Of a stretch of DNA of 64,000 bases, positions 57,935 to 64,000 are shown piece after piece. The stretch lies in IMG/VR virus record IMGVR_UViG_3300015360_000023, positions 32,001 through 96,000 of that record. One strand, written 5' to 3'. The notes under the pieces are model-generated. The model was given only the letters and a program-made list of their open reading frames with translations. It ran no database searches and had not been told where the DNA came from. This DNA is from a virus. Its lineage: Duplodnaviria > Caudoviricetes. Both the position numbers and the translations under genes were made by a program. Every line of letters starts with the position of its first letter. The first letter of the stretch is position 1.

Positions 57935-59628
57935 TGGTTACTCCTAATCCCTCTCTTAATGAGACATCTCAGAATTTAAAGTTTGATATTGATCAGATTT
58001 ATACTGACTTCATTAAGGAAATAGACGCTAATAGAAGTTTATCAAATGTTAATATTCAGGTTGATAAAAATACTTTGAATTCTTTCGACATAGATACTAT
58101 TGCTGGCATTAATAAATCACTAAAGATAGAAGATACTCCGCAAGAAAGTAGATTGCATTGCTTTCTTCGACTTATTGGATTTCCAGTTGTAGGTAATGGC
58201 GATAGGTTTTATAATCCGGGTCATGATGTAATGGATGGTGTTAAGAGCATGCCATTAACAGAAAAGATTAATATTGCAAATAGTCCGTTACAAGGTTTTA
58301 AAGAGTTTTCCGCGAAACGTGAAAACTATGTTAATGACATAAAGGCAATTTGGGAAGTACGCCCCGTTACTATTACAGCTAGTGCATTGGCCGTCTCTTC
58401 AAGTTTGAATATCCGTCTATTTTCAGTTCCAGTTGATAAGAGCGTCGATGCATTTGATTTTGAGATTAAAAATCAAAGCTATGTCTGCGAACTTAAAAGT
58501 GTTGTTGGGGAACATAAAGTTAACTTATCAGAGTATGTAGATTCTTTAGGAAATAGCCCTGATAAGTCTAAGTTATTCCCTACTCGTTATCATTATATTA
58601 AGCCACTTATTGTTGATCCTAGAATTGACTTTAGCTGTAATCCTGCCTCTAGAAAAGTAGCCGTTCCATTTGTATTTGATAAGACAAAACTTTTAGTTAG
58701 CGAAAATACTTTTGTTAAGAGACCGTTGATTGAGAAGATTATTAGAGAGCGTTTTGATTCTAGAAATCAAAAAGATATAACAAGCAGTCAATCTAATCTT
58801 AAAAATGAAATTCTAAGTATCCCTACAATTACTGACAAAAAACTTATTGAACAAGTAAGCAATGACCTTTATGGATTAGATGATAAGATTCAATTTCAAA
58901 AATATCTTTTCATTATTGCTGCTATGTGCAAGGAATTGGTTCAAGCTCAAGTTGATATTCAAGCTACTCAGGCGCTTTATTATTGGGTGCCCGCCGTATC
59001 TACCTCTGGCCCAGAGGGCGGTAGTCAAGTAACTCCAATCATCATTACTAGCAAGCTTCCAACTGGAGATAACAATAACTTTGTTACGGCCGCTGATAAG
59101 GAAACTATCAATGCTACTTTAGCTCAAGCCGCCAATCAATTTAATGCTCAAACTATGAAGACAAAAGAACCGGACTTAGGTGGGACGGCTTTTGATAAAT
59201 TTTCTACGACTTGGGGCGATGATACCAGCAAAGGCATGGGTGATTTAACAAAAGAATCATTAGATAGCTCAAATAAACAAAGAGACCACGATCTCTCTAT
59301 CGCTAATTCGGCACTTCGAACCATTGAAATTATAATGGGGGAATTTAGTGGCTTGGGGCTGTGCGATATTATTGCAATTATCGGCGCCCTTTATGTTATG
59401 CCAAGAAAAGATTTGGTGGGGTTTTTAGATGATGATGCCTATAGCAGAATGATAGTCTCATTAAATTTGGACCTTGCTGCGTTGTCAGGATCAGATCCAG
59501 ATCTTCCTTCCACGAGAGTCAGTATTTCAAACGCTCATGCTTCTTTAATGAAGAATATGAAGAATTTTTATAACCTTATGGATGATATCTATAAGCAATT
59601 GAGTAAAAATAACGGTTTAAGCACCTAA
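57934..59628 (+). CDS. Hypothetical baseplate-region protein (564 aa)
   Basis: TAATG coupling; long ORF with no recognised motif. Confidence 0.6.
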   Translation: MVTPNPSLNETSQNLKFDIDQIYTDFIKEIDANRSLSNVNIQVDKNTLNSFDIDTIAGINKSLKIEDTPQESRLHCFLRLIGFPVVGNGDRFYNPGHDVMDGVKSMPLTEKINIANSPLQGFKEFSAKRENYVNDIKAIWEVRPVTITASALAVSSSLNIRLFSVPVDKSVDAFDFEIKNQSYVCELKSVVGEHKVNLSEYVDSLGNSPDKSKLFPTRYHYIKPLIVDPRIDFSCNPASRKVAVPFVFDKTKLLVSENTFVKRPLIEKIIRERFDSRNQKDITSSQSNLKNEILSIPTITDKKLIEQVSNDLYGLDDKIQFQKYLFIIAAMCKELVQAQVDIQATQALYYWVPAVSTSGPEGGSQVTPIIITSKLPTGDNNNFVTAADKETINATLAQAANQFNAQTMKTKEPDLGGTAFDKFSTTWGDDTSKGMGDLTKESLDSSNKQRDHDLSIANSALRTIEIIMGEFSGLGLCDIIAIIGALYVMPRKDLVGFLDDDAYSRMIVSLNLDLAALSGSDPDLPSTRVSISNAHASLMKNMKNFYNLMDDIYKQLSKNNGLST

Positions 59629-59678
59629 CCTCTAGATTTACCTAATAATTTAGCATAAGTAAACGGGAGCGTTAGAAG

Positions 59679-60110
59679 ATGTCGTTTGACCTGAAATTAC
59701 GTGCTGGTGACTTAGTTCTCACAAATGGAGCCTTAGTAACAGCCATAGATAGTGAAAAACTAATTCAAGATATTTTGAAGATTTGCCTGACAACGGCCGG
59801 ATCTAATCCAATTCATCCATGGTATGGTTCTTTTATTTCAAGAACTATTGTGGGTAATCCAAATTACAGCTCTATTTTAGTTCAAATTGGTAAGTCTCAG
59901 TTAACTACTGCGCTTCAAAATTTGAAGGATTTACAAGACTTACAGATTAAATCCTTTCAAAGAGTTAGTGCTGATGAACAAATAAGTGCTATTTCGGATA
60001 TATCTATAAATACAGATAGAGTCGATCCAAGGCTATTTAATGTTGTAGTAAGCGTACTTTCTAAAGGGTTGAAACCAGTAACAACCGCTTTCAGAATATC
60101 AACCATTTGA
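59679..60110 (+). CDS. Baseplate wedge protein, gp25/gpW-like (143 aa)
   Basis: DLKL..GDL...G.L.......KL.QDI.K...T..G....HP.YGS pattern; AATAA-TTTA-GCATA at 59644-59657. Confidence 0.85.
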   Translation: MSFDLKLRAGDLVLTNGALVTAIDSEKLIQDILKICLTTAGSNPIHPWYGSFISRTIVGNPNYSSILVQIGKSQLTTALQNLKDLQDLQIKSFQRVSADEQISAISDISINTDRVDPRLFNVVVSVLSKGLKPVTTAFRISTI

Positions 60111-60128
60111 GTCTATCTAAAGGTAAAT

Positions 60129-63100
60129 ATGGTCACAATACGCTCAGTAAACGAAATCATCTTAAGCTTGATAGACTACTACAGGTTAGCCCAACCTGAT
60201 TTAGATACCAAACCGGGCACCGTGGCTCGCGATTTGATGATCGACGGCCCTTCGAGCCAGCTTGCTTTGCTATATGACCAACTATCAAGCGTCTCTAGTC
60301 AGCAATCTATGAGACTTGTTATTGGTGCCGACCTGGACAAGCTAGCCAAAAACTTCGGAGTTATTAGAAAGCAATCTACTTCTGCTACAGGAGTCGCTCT
60401 ATTAACCTTTGCATCCATTAATGCACCTATTCCTATTAACACCGGAAGCTTAGTTATTTCTAATAATGGTTTTTCTTACTCTATTACTTCAGGAGTCTCA
60501 GTTACTCCTGGCTCTTCTAACTTCTATCGTTCAGTAGCTAGTAAATTTCAAGACCAACTAGATGCTGCCGGAATTAAAGATCAATATGCGGTTGAAGTTA
60601 CTGTCATAGCAACCACCGCAGGCTCTTCTGGTAACATTGGAACACTATCTCTAAATAGAACTAACGTCTCTGGCGTCTCCAACGTAACCAATATAAATTC
60701 ATTTACTGGCGGGACTGATCAAGAAGATGACTCTAACTTCCGTAATCGCGTCCTCGCGGCCTTTAGCGGGTCGAGCATAGGAACTGCCTTGGGCTACCTA
60801 AACACCGCCCTAGGTACCACTGGCGTGTCGGACGCGGCCGTTATTGAACCAGGCGATGCTCTAATGACCAGAGACGGCACCGTTGTCAGCATAGCTAGCG
60901 ACGGAACTCGTACTATTGTCTCAGAGGGCTCTGGAGGAAAAGTAGATGTTATTGTTCTAGGTTCTAGCTTAGTTCAAAATACAGATACTTTCATTTACAA
61001 AGATAAAAGCAACAACACAGATCCTACTAGTGTTAAAAATGATGTGGTCATTGGTCAAATTGCGGCTGATGTTAATAAAACTATTAACAGAAAAAGAATT
61101 GATGATCTTAAAGCTGGTCAAGTTCCAGCTCAACCAGTTAATGATATACTAACTGTTACTGGATCTATAAGCGGCTCCAATTTTATTGCCAAAACAACAG
61201 ATACTTATGGCAGAGTCTCTGGAAATTTTGAATTACTTAAAGATACTGGTGTTTACGGCGGCAGCCCTTTTGGATTTGATACGTTTCATTGGGTCTCCAA
61301 TAAAATTTCATTATTCAGTGAAGATAGAATTAAGAGCCAGTTCAACGGACAAGACCCTACAACATTTACTGATGTATTAGAGATTCCTCAAGTTCAACAA
61401 AGCCTTTCTATTACTAACGAAAACAGCATCGTTACTAGTGATAAATCTATTATTCAATTACTTCATACACCAGCTACTAGTATTACTAGAGTTTTCAATG
61501 TTAACACTGGTGAAAGATATATTATCACAGATCAAGATCTTGATGAGACCGGCGTATACAATACTACTGGACGTATTCAAATCTCTGGTAACACGCTACC
61601 ATCCACTAGTGACCTACTACAGGTAGACTATAGCTGGATCGTTAATTTTGATCAGCATTCCGATTATGATGGGTTAACCCAAACAAGTAATCCAAGAAAC
61701 GTTACAGATAGCATTGACTGGGGTTACTCTTCCGCCATTCATAATGAGCGAGTCAACTTTGTACTAACGGTTGGAGACAACTTCTTTACCGGAACAACCA
61801 GCCACCCAGTTGATACTGTGGTTTCTACCAATGTATTTACTGAGGTTGATGCTGCGGTTACCTTGGTTACTTCCGGAACTTATGTTAATAGGCTCTCTGT
61901 CGTTATTGATCATTTACCAGTAACTGTAGATAGCGTTGATCAGATAACTCTTAAGAATTCTAATATTGAAATTTACAATAGCGCTCAAGCAAACGGTAGT
62001 TTCACTGTAACTACCGAAGTAGTTGGTATTGAAATTCTATATGTATTAACGGTTATCTTACCAAATGATACGGTAGCTAAGGCTGGCGATACTGTTAGCG
62101 TTATTCTAAATAGCACTAATGTCTTTCACTCTGAAGAAACGGCCGGTAGTAGCAGCGGTACACAGATTACCATTCCAAGTTCTTTAATTAATACTACAGC
62201 TACTAACATCACCTTACTAGTAACTTACATTGCGAATATCACTGATTTGTTTGCGGCCTCTGTTACTGCCCTTCCATCGAGCAAGGTCGGCAATGGATTC
62301 AACCTATCTAACAACAACGGGTTCCCAAATTTTAGCTCGGCCAATACATCTGTTAGAGAGAATCAAATTGTTCAGCAAAACCTTAGCAATCAATATTATA
62401 TTGAAGTAACTGCGCCTAGTGCTGATTTCACCATTGCAGCTTCGCAAGTTGTTTCCATTATCAGACTATCTGACGGATATGAATTATGGTCGGCCAATCA
62501 TCCCGGAACCATCGATATTGGAATTTCGGGTAATTACCAATTTATTTTACCAGGTTTAAACACGCCAGCTACTGGGGACAGAGTTTTGGCCGTTTATTAT
62601 TCTACAGATATCAGAAGGTTTCAACCATTTAGTTTTAGCAACTCTTTGATTAAGACAAGGGTACATAACTTAGCTTATGTAGCTCCTGCCAATACAAAGT
62701 TTAGCGTTCCATTAAATAGTTTCACTAATGCCACAGGGTTATCTTTTTATGTTATTGAGCCTAATACAGATATTGTCTTGTTATCTGGTTCAGATGGCGT
62801 GTTAACTACCAGCATAAGCGGTAGTGCTAATTTCACCAGCTCTACTGTTGACTTTTCTGATCAAGTAGATATTACACATAAAAAGATAAAAATAGTAACG
62901 CCAGTTAGCGGACTTACTCGTTTGAATAACGATGGCGTTTATGATATTACTAGTTATACTTTGAGCGGTAATAGTTTGGTTATTACTGAGGTGTTAAGTA
63001 ATATAAATAAAGATAACATCTCTGTTATTAGAGTAGTTGATGGCAAGGAAGTTTGGGGTTATTCTGGAACTATAGATCTAGCTAACAATAGAATAACTTT

Positions 63101-64000
63101 CCCAGTTACTGCCGCCGCCTCTGTTAATGACGTGGTGTTTGTTATGTACTATAATTTTAGTAACCTAAGAAGGTCTCCTACTAGACTTGTTGGTGCAACT
63201 GTTGACCAAATCGTTAACACCGGAATTATTACGGTAGCAGGCAGCACGCTTTCTAAAGCAGAGGGAATCATCTTTACCTCCACAAATACTGGTTTGAAGT
63301 TAAATCTTGCAGAAGCTTTGAGAAAATCACTTTCCTTAAGTTCCGTTGCTTCAATCCCAAGTAACGTTAGAATTGCTAAAATAATCAAGGCAGAAAAGGT
63401 AGTTACGGCTAGCAGCGCGGATGACACGGTTCTAGAAACCCTCACCACTTACGATATATCTGGCACTACTATTCAGAACAATTTACTTTATAGTTCTGAT
63501 ATGTTAGCCGATCCAACATTACAGGCATTAGATTTTATTCTGCCTTCAACTGCAAACAACACACTTAACACCACGCCAGTTAACTTACCAACTATTGGTG
63601 ATAAAATTAGAGTTACATTTTATTATGTAACTGATAATGATAGTGAGAATCTTTCATATACTCGAAATGGAACGTTATATACAAATAAGAAGTTTGCTAT
63701 AATTAATAAGATCTTTACGGCTTCTGGATTTAAAGCATCTCAGTCAACCAGATTTACGGCGACCTCTTTCACTCAACCTGGCCTTGGAAGCAGATACAAA
63801 GCATTGTATGACTATATTGCTCCCAAGCAAAATGAAAGAATTGTAGTTACTTACAATTACAATAAACTAATTGGCGACGTTACCTTTAGTGTTGAAGCAG
63901 CAAGACCAATTAATGCTGACGTCTTAGTAAGACAGGCCAATCAAATAGATCTAGATTTAACTATCAATGTAGTTATTGACTCAGCATTTACAAGTTCAGC
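60129..64000 (+). CDS. Baseplate J/gp6-like wedge protein, 3'-truncated (at least 1290 aa), absent from ORF track
   Basis: ATG60129 gives MVTIRSVNEIILSLIDYYRLAQPDLDTKPGTVARDLMID; FTGGTDQEDD..FR.R J motif; frame spot-checked at 62472 and at the window end (RPINADVLVR). Confidence 0.85.
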   Translation, partial: MVTIRSVNEIILSLIDYYRLAQPDLDTKPGTVARDLMIDGPSSQLALLYDQLSSVSSQQSMRLVIGADLDKLAKNFGVIRKQSTSATGVALLTFASINAPIPINTGSLVISNNGFSYSITSGVSVTPGSSNFYRSVASKFQDQLDAAGIKDQYAVEVTVIATTAGSSGNIGTLSLNRTNVSGVSNVTNINSFTGGTDQEDDSNFRNRVLAAFSGSSIGTALGYLNTALGTTGVSDAAVIEPGDALMTRDGTVVSIASDGTRTIVSEGSGGKVDVIVLGSSLVQNTDTFIYKDKSNNTDPTSVKNDVVIGQIAADVNKTINRKRIDDLKAGQVPAQPVNDILTVTGSISGSNFIAKTTDTYGRVSGNFELLKDTGVYGGSPFGFDTFHWVSNKISLFSEDRIKSQFNGQDPTTFTDVLEIPQVQQSLSITNENSIVTSDKSIIQLLHTPATSITRVFNVNTGERYIITDQDLDETGVYNTTGRIQISGNTLPSTSDLLQVDYSWIVNFDQHSDYDGLTQTSNPRNVTDSIDWGYSSAIHNERVNFVLTVGDNFFTGTTSHPVDTVVSTNVFTEVDAAVTLVTSGTYVNRLSVVIDHLPVTVDSVDQITLKNSNIEIYNSAQANGSFTVTTEVVGIEILYVLTVILPNDTVAKAGDTVSVILNSTNVFHSEETAGSSSGTQITIPSSLINTTATNITLLVTYIANITDLFAASVTALPSSKVGNGFNLSNNNGFPNFSSANTSVRENQIVQQNLSNQYYIEVTAPSADFTIAASQVVSIIRLSDGYELWSANHPGTIDIGISGNYQFILPGLNTPATGDRVLAVYYSTDIRRFQPFSFSNSLIKTRVHNLAYVAPANTKFSVPLNSFTNATGLSFYVIEPNTDIVLLSGSDGVLTTSISGSANFTSSTVDFSDQVDITHKKIKIVTPVSGLTRLNNDGVYDITSYTLSGNSLVITEVLSNINKDNISVIRVVDGKEVWGYSGTIDLANNRITFPVTAAASVNDVVFVMYYNFSNLRRSPTRLVGATVDQIVNTGIITVAGSTLSKAEGIIFTSTNTGLKLNLAEALRKSLSLSSVASIPSNVRIAKIIKAEKVVTASSADDTVLETLTTYDISGTTIQNNLLYSSDMLADPTLQALDFILPSTANNTLNTTPVNLPTIGDKIRVTFYYVTDNDSENLSYTRNGTLYTNKKFAIINKIFTASGFKASQSTRFTATSFTQPGLGSRYKALYDYIAPKQNERIVVTYNYNKLIGDVTFSVEAARPINADVLVRQANQIDLDLTINVVIDSAFTSS

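Larger units (their letters stand above)
1..64000. mobile_element. Segment of a large tailed-phage (jumbo myovirus) genome: head, neck, fibre, tail and baseplate module
   Basis: Capsid, sheath, tube, frameshifting chaperone, tape measure, gp25-like and baseplate J-like genes in canonical order; near-continuous coding; no cellular housekeeping context. Confidence 0.95.

Noticed and set aside
3115-63448. Numerous short overlapping or antisense ORFs in the track (e.g. 3407-3715, 39570-39959, 55678-56244)
   Set aside because: They shadow long, motif-bearing genes, lack SD or promoter signals and show no recognisable domains
40109-64000. Interpretation as a chromosomal contractile injection system (eCIS, R-pyocin, T6SS)
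   Set aside because: The same region carries capsid, decoration and neck genes and a G/GT frameshift chaperone, so it is a phage virion module
1-64000. Alternative genetic code (TAG or TGA recoding, as in some huge phages)
   Set aside because: ORFs up to 1718 aa are uninterrupted in code 11 and TGA stops are used with ATGA coupling; TAG is merely rare
1-64000. CRISPR array or tRNA genes
   Set aside because: Intergenic gaps are under about 150 nt; no repeat-spacer periodicity or cloverleaf with T-loop seen

Overview
The whole window is a dense segment of a large lytic myovirus (jumbo/huge-phage type) virion module, read with standard code 11 and lying almost entirely on the + strand. Gene order: putative internal/ejection head proteins; capsid decoration protein; HK97-fold major capsid protein; an inserted minus-strand CCA-adding enzyme; many beta-rich surface/fibre proteins; an accessory cluster (TIM-barrel glycosidase-like protein, patatin, HNH, cold-shock protein); tail fibres; neck proteins flanking an Acb1/LigT-like 2H phosphoesterase and an HExxH peptidase; holin-like protein; tail terminator; sheath; tube; G/GT chaperone with a -1 frameshift; tape measure; hub; spike; gp25-like wedge; and a baseplate J/gp6-like gene running off the right edge that is missing from the ORF track. 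The most striking unexplained signal is the tripeptide DGY. I counted about 36 in-frame copies by hand, roughly a quarter of all DG dipeptides. They use varied codons and are confined to predicted surface-exposed virion proteins, suggesting a virion-wide modification or docking sequon. Other signals: a recurrent intergenic AATAA-N4-RHAT late-promoter-like motif; an F-x-K-[LI]-A motif shared by head proteins and the 2H enzyme; and sigma70-type promoters on the two RNA/nucleotide-processing genes. All functional calls come from motif recognition only; no database searches were run.
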